Positions 25,435-38,283 of a stretch of 64,000 bases of DNA are shown here, piece after piece. Every line of letters starts with the position of its first letter. Positions within the stretch are counted from its first letter, which is position 1. The notes beneath the pieces were generated by a model. It searched no databases. It worked only from the letters and a program-made list of their open reading frames with translations, and was not told the DNA's origin. Both the position numbers and the translations under genes were made by a program. This DNA comes from Mobula hypostoma (Eukaryota): positions 18,974,001-19,038,000 of the forward strand of contig NC_086097.1 in NCBI RefSeq assembly GCF_963921235.1, read 5' to 3'.

Positions 25435-25980
25435 CCCTCCCACATCCCTTTCTATAGATGTATCATGGAGAGCGTCCTGACAGGCTGTATCACTGTCTGG
25501 TATTGGGGGGAGGATTAGGCTACTACATAGGACCGAAAGAAGTTACAGAAAATCATAAAATGATTCAGCTCCATCTTGGGTACTAACCTCTGTAGTTTCC
25601 AAGGCATCTTCAAGGAGCGATGCCTCAGACAGAGATGTCCATTATTAAGGATCCCTAATACCCAGGGCATAGTTACCATCAGGTAGGAGGTACAGAAACC
25701 TGAAGGCACACATTCAGTAATTCAGGAACAGCTTCCTCCCCTTTACCATCTGATTCTTAAATAGACATTGAACCCGTGAAATCTACCTCACTTTTTTAAT
25801 ATATATTATTTCTGTTTTTGCACTATTTTTAATCTATTCAAAATATATATATATACTGTAATTGATTTACTTTTTTATTTTTTCTTCTGTTATATTATGT
25901 ACGGAATTGAACTGCTGCTGCTAAGTTAACAAATTTCACGACACATGCCAGTGATAATAAACCTGATTCTGATTCTGATC
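25435..25980 (+). mobile_element. Rex1/Babar LINE 3' fragment
   Basis: FYRCIMESVLTGCITVWY...LPSGRRYR...FRNSFLP; (GATTCT)n tail. Confidence 0.85.
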
Positions 25981-26119
25981 CCTTCCTCGCATGATCCAAT
26001 CTCCTCTCCTGTCAGATTCCTTCTCCAGTCCTTTGCCTTTTCCACTTATCACCCCCAAGCTTCTTACTTTGTGCCCCCTCCCCCACCTACCTGATTCACC
26101 AATCACCTTCTAGCTTGGT

Positions 26120-26930
26120 CAATTTCAAGTTGAAGTTTAATTATCATTCACTTTTTCATGAACACCCATGAATACAGCCAAACGAAGCAGCATTACTGTG
26201 GGTCAAAGATGCAAACTACAGTACCAACATTCACGCACAGCACAAGGCACATAGAGCACATATAAGATAGCAGTCAACATACAGTCACACCAAAAACAAA
26301 GTATAGCCCCAAGTCCCTGACTTTCATGTCCTGGTAGATTGATGCCAGTATGTTGTCAGCAAGAAGAAACACGCAACAGTATGCAGACAAACACAATCCA
26401 GCTTGCAGACAATATGCAGACAAACACAATCCAGCTTGCCATCCTCTGAGCGAATACAGAAGAGCGCCACCAATGTGATGAGCCAGCCCCCAGCCATGAC
26501 CTCCAGCGCACCGCTTTCTCCCCTGCTCTCTCCCGTACCGTCTTCAGCATCTCTCCCTGGGTGGCTGCAACAGGCAACCCCGCAGCTTGAGGCCTGGTCC
26601 ACACTGCAACTGAGGCCATGCGCTCCCCCGCCATCGGTCTCACCAGACAGACAATATTGTACATTACCCATGTCCAACAGGGTCGCTCTAGACTGCACAC
26701 CACCTTTGCTTGCCAATTCTAATGCCTTCGTGTAGCAGGCGAAAACACGGTTTAGCCAAGTCCTGCTCCGTCACTGTCAAGCACCTTGCTGATGGGGCAG
26801 ACTTGCAGTACCTGATGTTCTTGATAACAAGCAGTGTCATGCCATCAGAAAAGAAATGTAAAGGATGAACAATTGCACCTTTGCTTGGACCTGGAGTGGC
26901 CAATGTAACCATGTGCACCACCAACTCACT
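26120..26930 (-). mobile_element. Unclassified GC-rich non-coding repeat inserted in a PLE pLTR
   Basis: Interrupts a pLTR (25980-26115 and 26940-27085); has a LINE-like minus-strand tail and no recognisable protein. Confidence 0.5.
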
Positions 26931-27144
26931 GGAAACTATCTCACTTTCCCCTCCTTCCCCTCCCCCCACCTTCCTTTTCTGGCATCATCCCCCCTCGTTT
27001 CCAGTCCTGGCCCGGGACATCGACTGTTTATTCACCTCCATAGATGCTGCCTGACCTGCTAAGTTTGTCCAGCATTTTGTGTGTGTACCTCTAAATAATG
27101 ACAGGTACGGGTTTTCTCCGTAGGACCTCTGTGCAGTATTAGTA

Positions 27145-27810
27145 AATAGAATCAGTCATACAGCATAGAAGCAAACCTTTCAGCCCAGCAGTTCCATGCT
27201 GAACAATTTGCCTCCATTTGGCCCGTGCAAGGAGCTGTACCATTAACTGAGGGGTCCATGGGCCCCACTCAGCTCTAAACCTTTCCTATCCATGTATCAG
27301 TCCAAACACCTTTTAAACACTGTTCAGTACCTGCCTTCTTCAGCTGGCAGCTCATTCCAGATCCTGGTGAATAAGTTACCCCTCAGTCTCCTATTAAACC
27401 TTATCCCTCTCACCCTCAATCTATGCCATCTGGTTCCAGAGAGAAAGACTATACATTCACCTTATACATTCACTATACATTCACCTTATCTAAGCCCCTT
27501 GTGATTCTGTCTCCCTCGTGATTCTGTACACATCTATAAGATCAATCCTCATTCTCCTACGCTTCAATATGAACAGTCCCCAACTACTTCAATCATCTCC
27601 ATAACTCAGTGCTCAAGTCCCAGCAACACACTTGTAAATCTCTCTGCTATCTTTTCCTACTGAATGGCATCTTTCCAATGACAGGGTAGCCACAATAATC
27701 TAAATGTGGCTTTGACAATGTCTTGTGTGACTGCAACATAACATCCCCACTTCTGAATTCATTATCTTGACTAATGAAGACAAGGTGTCAAAGGTCCATT
27801 TTCACCAGTA
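27145..27810 (-). mobile_element. Old CR1 3' fragment
   Basis: atagaatcagtcatacagcatagaa tail plus decayed reverse-strand RT C-terminus. Confidence 0.7.
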
Positions 27811-27984
27811 GAGGAGGATAGGTTTGATCCACTGGAATTCTATGTTGTTTTAGTGGAGGGAACAGTTTATCTAAGGCTAATCCATTGTGATCTGCACGCT
27901 TGGGTTTGAATCATATCTTTGCCTTTTAATCCATTGTGCTTTGGTTTGAATTCCATTTTCATCTGCTAATCCATTGTCCACTTA

Positions 27985-28455
27985 CTGCAGGGATCGTTCC
28001 CTCTGTGACTCCCTTGTCCATTCGTCCCTCCCCACTGATTTCCCTCCTAGCACTTATCCTTGCAAGATGAACAACAGTTACATCTGCCTCTAGACCTCCT
28101 CTCTCCTACCATTCAGAGTCCCAAACAGGCCTTCCAGGTAAGGTGACACTTCACCCGTGGGTCTGTTGAGAACATCTACTGAATCTGGTGCTCCCGATGT
28201 GGCCTCCTGTATATCAGAGAGATCTGACGTAGATTGGGAGACCCCATCGATGAGCACCTTCACTCCATCCGAGACAAAAAGCATGATCTCCCGGTGGCCA
28301 CCAATTTCAATTGGACTTCCTATTCCCATTCCAACATGTCAGTCTATGCCAGGATGAGGCCACACTCTGTTTGGAGGAACAACACCTTATTTTCCATCTG
28401 GGTAGCCTCCAACCTGATGCATAAACATTGATTTCTCGAACTTTTGGTAATTGCT
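27985..28455 (+). mobile_element. Penelope-like element GIY-YIG region
   Basis: PKQAFQVR*HFT...IY*IWCSRCGLLYIRE, GDPIDEHLHSIR, PVATNFN, LEEQHLI. Confidence 0.85.
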
Positions 28456-28766
28456 CATCAATAAGATCAATTTGACAATTGGAATTAATTGTACAATGTA
28501 AACAACTTACTCTAGGATTGCCCGTGGACAGAAGTGGTAAATGTCAGTAATTGATTGACATTTTGCTTACTTCAGTTGTAGAACATCATTTCCCCATTGC
28601 CCCACACATATCTAGCTTTATTTTTATCCTTTCTGTGGCATTAACTGGCATGAAATTAAATGCCAAAAGGATTATTTTGTGTCCAGTGTACATCTAACTG
28701 CGGTGAAGTACATTGGCCTGAGAAAGGTGGTGGTGCGTTCTATTCTGGTCACATCAATGTGTAAGA

Positions 28767-29045
28767 GGCCAGGCAGCATCTCTAGGAAGAGGTACAGTCG
28801 ACGTTTCGGGCCGACACCCTTCGTCAGGACTAACTGAAGGAAGAGCTAGTAAGAGATTTGAAAGTGAGAGGGGGAGGGGGAGATCCAAAATGATAGGAGA
28901 AGACAGGAGGGGGAGGGATGGAGCCAAGTGCTGGACAGGTGATTGGAAAAAGGGATATGAGAGGACCATGGGACAGGAGGCCCAGGGCCACCAGCAACTT
29001 TGATGTGTGTTGCTTGAATTTCCAGCATCTGCAGAATTCCTCGTG
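28767..29045. mobile_element. Young PLE pLTR insertion with a 5' inversion
   Basis: 13-bp TSD tcaatgtgtaaga at 28754-28766 and 29046-29058. 28767 to about 28988 is on the minus strand and 28989-29045 on the plus strand. Confidence 0.9.
28795..28832 (-). ncRNA. Minimal hammerhead ribozyme, intact core
   Basis: Reverse complement: tagtc-CTGACGA-a-ggg-tgtcgg-ccc-GAAA-cg-TC-gactg. Confidence 0.85.
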
Positions 29046-29393
29046 TCAATGTGTAAGATATTGACATGAACAGAATAGCTGTTGAAAACTCATGCACCTC
29101 TTTCAACTATTATGAACATTTGAAAATCTTTTTCCCTCTCAGCGGGCTGCATGTAATCAAACAAAATCCAATTGAAACCCACTTTATTTTGTAGAAAACA
29201 GAATGATTTGCATATTTATGTTCAGGTGGAAATTGCCACATTAATGAAGAATTTGAAACTTCAGCCCTTGGGCTGTCTCTCTCAAAGATATAATCCCTCT
29301 CAGATGCCCTCTAACACATCCCATGGTATTCAGCTGTGTATTCTGGTTAGATTTATAAGCCGTGACTGACCATCTATGAGCTGCAGAAAGGAA

Positions 29394-30770
29394 TGAGAAT
29401 CAGCATCAGGCTTATTATCACTGACATACGTCTTGAAATTTGTTGTTTACCAGTGGCAAAACAGTGCAATACAAAAAAAATTATTATAAGTTACGATAAT
29501 AAACATAAAAATAAATAAGCAATGCAAAAAGCATGTGATCTCATAGCAAAGGAGAAGAAGCTTTTCTTGGAATGTAAAGTGTGTGCCTTTTGCCTCATGC
29601 ACCTCCTCTTTGATGATAGTAATGAGAAGAGGGCAGTGCCTATGATGGAGGTAGCTAAGTTTACAATCCTCTGCTGATTTTTCCAATCTGGTGCTTTTGC
29701 GCCTCCATACAGACGATGTCAGACAGTTAGAATGCTCCTGGGGGTATGTCTGTAGAAATTTTCTAGGATCTTTGCTGACATACCAAATCTCATCAAACTT
29801 GCAATAAATATAGCTGCTGGTGTGCCTCCTTCGTGGGCTCTCCATTGATCGGGATTGATCACACATGCTGTGTCCTCGCTGTCATCACAAGCAAGGGCAG
29901 TACAATATAGAGAGCAGGCTGTTGCCCATGTAGCAGGCTCCCCCTCTCCAAGCAGCTGATGAATCCAAAGAATCAGCAGAGACCAATACATTTGACACCA
30001 GTAGCACCACGGGAGTTGCCAGTCAGCGTTGAGTTCAACGTGGGACTGCCTCAGGGACTCCAGCTCCAGATTTTTCCTCAGGGTTTACTCCTGAAGCCTC
30101 CCCCATGCGTGGTTATAGCTGAAAGGCAGTGGAAGTTTGAGATCAGAGTTTTCCTTCTCCTAGATGAGCTGCCAACCACGGCTGCCATGTCCTATCTGCC
30201 CAAATCGACAGGTTTTAAGGCACCAGTAACCCAGCTCTGATCCTTCTCATCACTAGAAAAGGGCCTGCCAGGCTTCGTAGCTAAGTCATACAGAAAGGCC
30301 AGGAGCTGGACTTGGTGATCAGAGGCTATTTGAGACGCGTGCCATTGGGAACATTTATAAGGTAGTGGGAGCTTTTCCCCACTACGCCCCTGGCTGCCCT
30401 TTTCATAATTGCTTCAATATGTTGGACCCAGGATAGATCTGAAGAAATCTTGACAGCCAGGAACTTGAAACTGCTCACCCTTTCCACTGCTTCTCCTTCC
30501 TGAAGTCCACAGTCAATTCCCTGAGTGCAAGGTTATTGTTGCAACACCATTCAACTAGTCAGTCTATCTCATTTCTGTACACATCCTCATCACCATCTGA
30601 GATTCTGCTGATAATAGCATTGATCTTGGCGAATTCATAGATGCTTTTGAGGTGAGCCCAGGCACACAGTCATGGGCGTAAAGTTGGTGGGGCAATGGGC
30701 TAAGCATGCATCTTTGAGATGCATTGATTGTCAGTGAGAGGGCTTCATCCTTGCAGAAGGGAAAAGCCAA
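29394..30770 (-). mobile_element. Old Rex1/Babar LINE with a nested non-coding repeat (about 29905-30400)
   Basis: Reverse-strand RFGMSAKILENFYRHTPRSILT and ASQRCMLSPL...YAHDCV; gaatcagcatcagg tail. Confidence 0.7.
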
Positions 30771-31591
30771 TAAATCATGTGCTACTTTTTGTCTTTAATG
30801 TCCAAAGTTTTAGATCACAGTGATATGAATAAACTAGATCAGGGCTATGACAACTGGCTGAATTGACTGGGAAGGAGATTGATAGGAAGTCCCCACTGGG
30901 TATATTGCGGCGAAAGGTAGATGAGAAAGCAGTGTGACATCAGTGATGATGTAAGGGATGATGATGACACAAGACTGGGGACATAGTGGACAGTGAGGAA
31001 AGGTATTAAAGTCTGCAAGGGTATCTGGGGCATCTGGACAAATGGGTTGAAAAACTGCAGTGGGATTTAATACAGACGTGTTAGGTGCTGCCCTTTGGGA
31101 GGGCAAAGCAGGATAGTACGTAACGAAAGGTAAGGCAATACATGAGATGGTGTGGCAGGAGAGGAAGGAGGGTGAAGGAGCGGAACAACTGGGCTAAGGA
31201 TTTAGGAAAAATAAAAGAACAGCAAAACAGTGGGTAAAGAAGGCAAGAGGGATACCGGGCAACGAAGGAGAAGAAACACGTGAATCTGGAATCTATATCA
31301 ACATGCAAATTTTAAAGATCTTCCTCTGTGTCTATTTTCAATTATTCAGTTATGAAGGGCCTTCGGGCAAGATGTTAGCGCTGAGCATATTAATTTGTGA
31401 ATCACTCCACTCAGAGTTGTAGGGAGCGCAGGCTCCAACTTACACAGTTTAGTCAAATGCATCAGATTTTTAGAATCTCTGTTGTCAAAAGGTTATTACC
31501 GTCTCATTAATTGGTCTGAATGAGTATCTTAAACCAGTTCCCTGAGCAACCCTACAATAGCCTCCAGATTTAAAAAAAGCAGAGCAAAATA

Positions 31592-32838
31592 GACTCAGTA
31601 GCCATTTTATTAGGTACAGCTCCACATCTGACTAATCTTAAATAGACCCACCTTAAATACACCCAATGACCTGGCCTCCACAGCCACCAGTGGCAACGAA
31701 TTCTACAGATTCGCCAATCTCTGGCTAAAAATATTCCTCCTCATCTCTGTTTTAAATGGACATCCCTCTATTCTGAGACCGTGCCCTTGGGTCTTAGACT
31801 CCTACACCATAGGAAACATTCTCTCCACATCCACTCTATCAAGGCCTTTGAACATTCAATAGGTTCCCCTCATTCACTCACCCCATATTCTTCTAAACTC
31901 CAGTGAGTAAAGGCCCAGAGCCATCAACTGCATCATTCTCATGAACCATCTCTGAAGCCTCTCCAATGTCAGCACATCCTTTCTTACATAAGGGGCCCAA
32001 AACTGCTCACAATACTCCAAGTGAGGCCTCACCGAAGTCTTATAAAGCCTCAGCAATACATCCTTGCTTTTATATTCTAGTCCTTTTGAAATGAATGACA
32101 TCATTGCATTTACCTTCCTCATCAATGACTCAACCTGAAAATTAACCTTTAGAGAATCCTGCACAAGGACTCCCAAGTCCCTTTGCACTTCAGATTTTAG
32201 AATTTTCTCTCTGTTTAGAGAATAGTCCTTCTACCAGAATTGTATTCCTTCTACTGACGTGCATGACCATATACTTCCCAAAACTGTATTCCAGTTGCCA
32301 CTTCTTTGCCCATCCTCCTAATCTCTCCAAGTCCTTCAGCAGCCTCCCTGCTTCCTCAACCCTAATGCAAGTACCTAATCAGCCAATGACAGAGCAGCAA
32401 TTCAATACATAAAAGCATGCAGATATGGTCAAGAGGTTTAGCTGTCATCTCAACTAAATATCAGAATGGGGAAGGAATGTGATCTAAGTGGCTTTGATCG
32501 TGAAGTAATTGTTGGTGCCAGACTCAGTGTTTTGCTGGTCACCTGAAATTTTCATGCACAACAAGCTCTAGAGATTACAGAGGATGGCATGATAAACAAA
32601 AAAATCATCCGGTGAGAAGCAGTATTGTGGGCAAAAACACCTTGTTAATGACTGAGGTCAGAGGAGAATGGCCAGACTTGTTGAAGATGACAGTAACTCA
32701 AATAACCATATGTTACAACAGTGATGTGCAAACAAGCAACTCTGAATGCAAAACACGTTGAACCTTGAAGTGGATGGGCTACAGCAGCAGAAGACCACAC
32801 CGTGATCCACTCCACTAGCCACTTTATTAGGTACCTTC
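31592..32838 (+). mobile_element. Tc1/mariner relic interrupted by a CR1 fragment
   Basis: TIR-like actcagtagccattttattaggtaca; MGKECDLSGFDREVIVGAR...MARLV...TLKWMGYSSRRP. Confidence 0.8.
31640..32362 (-). mobile_element. CR1 RT C-terminal fragment
   Basis: QRDLGVLVQDSLK...VRPHLEYCEQFWAPY. Confidence 0.9.
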
Positions 32839-33071
32839 CTGTGCCGAATGAAGAGGCCTCTGAGTGTCAGGGCAATGGCAACAATTACATATGTAGGCAC
32901 ACTCGGAGACGGTCAGGGAGGTAGGGAAATCATTCAGCCCACAAACTATCGTAGCTGAGCTGTGGTTCTCTTTGTCGTGGGTGCTCACCAGCCTAATGAC
33001 AGCAGAGAAAATTATCAGTAAGTGAGTGAAATTAATATGGAGTAAATGGAAACCCCAACTCAAGATATAAG

Positions 33072-33074
<3 letters not shown>

Positions 33075-33118
<44 letters not shown>

Positions 33119-33300
33119 GGTATGTGTGTCTGTGTATGTGTGTGTGTATTTTTGTGTATGGCTTGGTGTATGTGGGTGTTTGTGAGTATGAGTTTGTGTT
33201 TGTGTGTATGGGGGTGTGCTTTTGTGTGGGGGTGTGTATCTGTGTTTGTGTATCTGTTTGTGTGTGTGTGTTTGTGCGCATGTGTATTCTCTGTGTCTAT
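33075..33300. repeat. (TG)n microsatellite with degenerate extension
   Basis: About 20 perfect TG units followed by an imperfect TG-rich tract. Confidence 0.95.
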
Positions 33301-34475
33301 TGCAGTGAAATATGACAATCTATTGCAGAGCTGATAATTTTCACGGGTTACAGAGATGAAAGACACAATGTCAAAATTCCTCACTTACTCTGTAGTTTTC
33401 CATTTTTAATCTATCCCAACTTTATGAAAAGAGTGGAGATCTGCACACCACTATTCCTAAAATGTCTGTTTTTCATTTTAAGAGGTAAATCTCTAAGCTT
33501 TGATTACGAGGCAATTCAAGGCAAGGACCGCTAGTCTGAGTTTCCTTACCCTTTTCGGTTAGTATAGAAACCAGAATTTCTATGAAGCACATGCAACCAA
33601 TGAGATAAAGGATGTTTCCCTTTAGAAACAGGGTTGTGAATCTCTCAGGGTGCATCTGTGTATGATCAGAAATCAAAATACCCTCCACCTAAAATAAATA
33701 TTTATTCCCATGTCATTGAATTTCCTTTACGCATTCATAACAAAGACTACGCCTGATGTCCATCGCCAGTGTCTTGAGGAGAACATGAGCTGATACCTTG
33801 ACTCCCTGAGAAAGCAGTGACTTTGGGGCAAGGGTTCCAGGAGTTTGGCCCAGTGACATGAAAAAGCAGAAAGACAAGGTAGTATGTAATAGGAATTTGA
33901 GTTGGCTGCACTTCCATCATTCTGATGTCCTTCTTGGGGAGAAAAGTCATGAGCTTGAGAAGAGCTGAACAAGTGTTGAAGAGGCCCTTGCAGGTTGTTG
34001 AAGTGCATTTTGTACACAGCGCAGGCTGAAGTCATGATGCATTGGTGTGAGGAGGTCCAGAGGTCTGACGTTCGTGGGCACATCTGGAGGCCTGAGGTCA
34101 GTTGGCAGGTCCAAATCTCAGACTCCAGTGATCCCTAAGGATGGAGTTCAGGCTGGCAGGTGCTGAGGATGAAGACTTGCTGTATTACTCTATAACTCTA
34201 TGACTCTATCACTTGTGATCGTCAAGGTCAAGGACCAAAGTTGCCAGGAACTGAGACAAGAGCTGGTGATCCCTGAAGGATGGGTGGGAGGTAGCAAGAG
34301 TATTTTTTGCTGTTGTTTTGTCTGTTTTGTTATATATTGGCTATGTATTGTTCTGCTGGACATTGTGGGTATGCTATGTTGGCACTGAAAGTGTAGGCTT
34401 CCCCCAGCACATCCTCAGACTATGTTGGTTGTTTAGTACAAATTACACATTTTTCTGTCTGTTTTGATGTAGAGA

Positions 34476-35657
34476 ACTATGCGAAAGTCTTAGGCACATG
34501 TAAAAAAAATCTATAAAGCAAAGATACTTCCAAAAATAATGAAAAGTTCCTAAATATCAAAAATATTACTATGAAAACTCAAAGATTGGAAGTATATTTA
34601 TTATCAAAGTATGTGTACAGTATATAACCCTGAGACCCACCTTTCTACAGACAGCCATGAAACAAAGAAACACAATGGAACCCATTCGAAGAAAGCATCA
34701 AGCACCCAGCACACGAAAAAAAACAAATTGCGCAAACATCAGAAAACAGGCAAATAGCAGGTGGAATATTAAACAGCAAACCAATGGAGTCCTTGAAACA
34801 GTCTAGCAATGTTCGGTTTAGTTTCGTTCAACTTAGCACTGTGTTGTTCATTGACCGCAGGCCGCAGATCCAATCCGCCCCAATCAAAATCGCACAAGAT
34901 AGCATTAAAAAAAGGAGTAACACATATAACATGACTGCAGAGTCCTTTGAAAATGAATCCAGTCTACAAACTGTGATTGCCCAAGACCCAAGATTCCAGC
35001 ACATTCCTCCAGCAGCCGTGAGGGAGACCGATCAAATGCAGGCAGGCACAGTCAAACACCCACTCACCTTCCACTCAATCAGTGATAAGTGGAGTCAATT
35101 GCAGTCTCCAGGCCTCACACTCTGCTCTAAACCTCACCAGACTCCCTCAGAGACAGCAAAGTGCCACGTCGCTCAATCAGCCCATCAAATGCACCATCAA
35201 AATGCAAATCGCAGGTTCCAATCACACAGAACTTAGTAGTAGAATCATATTTGAAAGAAGAAGAGGTAAAAGAAATAGTCTTGAGAACTGTCTGAAGGAC
35301 GTTGCCATTGGCAGCCTTGCTCGCTAGCGCCATCTCGCTCACCATCAGTCTTGAGCAGTAAACAGTAAAAAAGTTAATCAAATAAATATTTGGTTTAATC
35401 ACCCTTTGCCCTTAAAACTGCATCAAATCTCTTAGATACACTGTCATGCAGTTTTATAAGAAAATTGGTTGGTAGGTACTTCCCACCATCTTGAAGAAGT
35501 TACCAAACTTCTTCTGCAGACTTTGGCTGTCTCGCTTGCTTCTGTCTCTCCAGGTAATCCCAGACAGCCTCAATGATGTTGAGGTCAGGGCTCTGTGGAG
35601 GCCATACCATCTGAAACAAAAAAAACTTAGGGTGCCTAAGACTTCTGCACAGTACAG
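34476..35657. mobile_element. Tc1-like MITE interrupted by a non-coding retroposon
   Basis: Inverted termini actatgcgaaagtcttaggcac and gtgcctaagacttctgcacagtac. Confidence 0.75.
34580..35340 (-). mobile_element. Non-coding LINE-derived retroposon
   Basis: Minus-strand 5' end agatggcgctagcg; LINE-like 3' end ctttgataataaa; no ORF. Confidence 0.55.
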
Positions 35658-36399
35658 TCCATGTGACTAATAAAGAAATCTAATCTAATCTAGTCTAACA
35701 ATTTTCAATTTTCAATCATATCATCCTATATTTCATAGCAACTTCTCTGATTAACAAATAACTTCAATGTTATTCTGAAAATATCAAATCAAAGTAGAAC
35801 CTAAAATTATAGAGAGAAACGGGCTTTTAACTGGTAACTAAGTTATCCTGTGTTTCTGGTCCACCGAATCTTCACATCCTGTTGACTACCAATAGCCAAG
35901 ACCATGTGAGACCGTTGTGTTTTATCATGAACGTAAGGATGATTGCCCTGCTCTTGCTCTTCTGGGAGTATATGTGCCAGAGGTGGTAGAAGTCTCCCTT
36001 ATGTCGTGCGATAACAAGAGACATCAACAGCTCAGGCCACTTAACCTTGATTAACATTCTCTAGGAGTGCCACTGCTCAGTGCCCCTGAGACTGATCAAT
36101 ATAAGTGAAATAATATTGCAGATAAGGTTGCATCAATCACCTGTGTCGTGATTTTCTATCCAAGGGAACATCCCCAGACAGAGCATTGATTTACCCTTTA
36201 CATGGATGGAGATGAATCTATTCTGTCAAGCACACTGATCTGGATTTCTTCACTGAGGAGGAAGCTTTGTCAAAAAATTTCTTTGGTCTCTCTCAGAATT
36301 CTTTACTAGATATTCGCCTTCCCGGGCAGAAGAACCTCTTCCCAATCATCCCATTTTCTCATTCTCATGGTCAGTAAGTTCTCAAGTGATAGGTGGTAT

Positions 36400-37640
36400 C
36401 ATAGACATTGGAGAAGGTTACCAAAAATTATCGGGGGGATGGGGTGCTCCTGATCGGCTGGATAAATAGGCTAAGGACTGGCAAATAGCTTTCAGTTCAG
36501 ATGAGTGTGTGGTGTTATCTTTTGGGTAGTCCAACCAGGAAAGATTTTATACAGTGAATGGTTGGGCCCTGGGAAGTTTTGTAGAGAGGGACCCAGGAGT
36601 ACACAGTTCACTAGAAGTAGCATCACAGGTATAAGATAATATCAGATTCATTTGTCACACATACGTTGAAACATGCAGTGAAATGTGTCATTTGCGTTAT
36701 CGTTTGTGATGTGCTGAAGGAAGCCCACAAGTATTGCCCACTCTTCCGGCACCAACATAGCATGCCAATAACTAACCACATTTCTTTGGAATGTGGGAGG
36801 AAACTGGAGCAACCGGTGGAAACACTCAGGGAGAATGTACAGACAGCAGCAGGAATTGATCCCCAGTCAGTGATAGCTGGTGCAGTAAGGTGATTGATGT
36901 AACCGCTAAGCTACCATGTTGGGTAGACAGGGTGGGAAAGAAAGCATTTGACATGCTGGCCTTCATCAGTCAGGGCACTGAGTACAGAGGATGGGACATT
37001 ACATTGCGGTTGTACGAGATGGTTGGTGAACGGCATTTGGAGAATTGTGTACAGTTTTGGTCACTCTGCTATAGGAAAGATGTCACTAAGCTGGAAAGAG
37101 CCCAGAAAAGATTTACAAGGATGCTGCTAGGTCTCAGAAGCCTGAGTTATAGGGAGAGGTCAGGCAGGCTAGAACTTTATTCCTTGGAATGTGCAGTACT
37201 GTTTATTCATTTCCATAGATGCTGCCTGACCTGCTGAGTTCCTCCAGCGTTTTATGTGTATTACTGTAGGAGATTGAGGGGGAGACCATTTAATGTTGTC
37301 TAATGTTATGAGAGGCAGTGATAGTGATCTCACACAGTCGTTTTCCCAAAGAAGGTGAGCTAGAAACTAGAGGACATAGGATTAAAGTGAGGGGTGAAAG
37401 ATTTGAAAGGGACCCGAAAATCAGCTTCTTCATGCAAAGGGTGGTGCGCTTATGGAATAAGCAGCCAGAGAAAATAGTTTTAGGAGATAAAATAACAACT
37501 TTTAAAAGACATTCAGACAGATATGAGGATAAGAGGGATGCAGAGGGATATGAGCCAAACAGGGGAAAATGGCGGACACCCTGGCTGCCATGGACAAGTT
37601 GGGACAAAGGGCCTTTCCTCGAGCTGTATAACTCAAAGAC
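36400..37640 (+). mobile_element. Old CR1 fragment with nested V-SINE-like (about 36630-36920) and PLE (37193-37267) pieces
   Basis: KKAFDMLAFISQGTEYR...HLENCVQFWS...TRGHRIKVRGERF...RVVRLWN. Confidence 0.85.
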
Positions 37641-37876
37641 TGTAAATAGTCCAAGCAAGTGACTTGTATCTAAAGCACATGCCTTTCCTCGAGTAGTAAT
37701 GGGCTGCCCATTGCAGTTTTAACTGGAGGCAGCCCTATATCTGTGGTAGTCCCGTCAGAAATAATGATTAAAAGGAAATCTGTTGTTAAAATTTCTGATG
37801 GAGATGTTTGATGGACAGGCAAAATGAGTTTATTATTATCTGCACAAGTACAGTTAGGTGAAGCCTATATCGTTTT

Positions 37877-38283
37877 GGGCATGTGGCCAAGTGGTTAAGG
37901 CATTGGACTAGTGACCTGAAGGTCGTGAGTTAAAGCCCCAGCCGAGGCAACTGTGTACTCCTGGGTCCCTCTCTACAAAACTTCCCAGGGCCCAACCATT
38001 CACTGTATAAAATCTTTCCTGGTTGGACTTCCCAAAAGATAACACCTCACACTCATCTGAACTGAAAGGCACTTAATCACACATTGCTCTGCGACGACAC
38101 TGGTGCCAAGCTGTATGAGTCCTAATGCCCTTCCCTTGGACAACATTGGTGTCATGGAGAGGGGAGACTTGCAGCATGGGCAACTGCTGGTCTTCCATAC
38201 AACCTTGCCCAGGCCTGCTCCCTGGAGAGTGAAGACTTTGCAGATGCAGATCCATGATCTCGCAAGACTAACGGATGCCTTAA
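37877..38283 (+). mobile_element. tRNA/CORE-like SINE (same family as 16750-17063) carrying a 120-bp templated insertion
   Basis: gggcatgtggccaagtggttaagg head; body matches the 16.7 kb copy except for 37949-38068. Confidence 0.9.

Noticed and set aside
26380..26440. 33-bp tandem duplication (also short ones near 27449-27489 and 53290-53340)
   Set aside because: Ordinary slippage duplications inside repeats; not CRISPR-like, as there are no spacers.
32827..33384. His/Thr- and Cys/Val-rich ORFs (also 47877-48519)
   Set aside because: Translations of (TG)n/(CA)n microsatellites.
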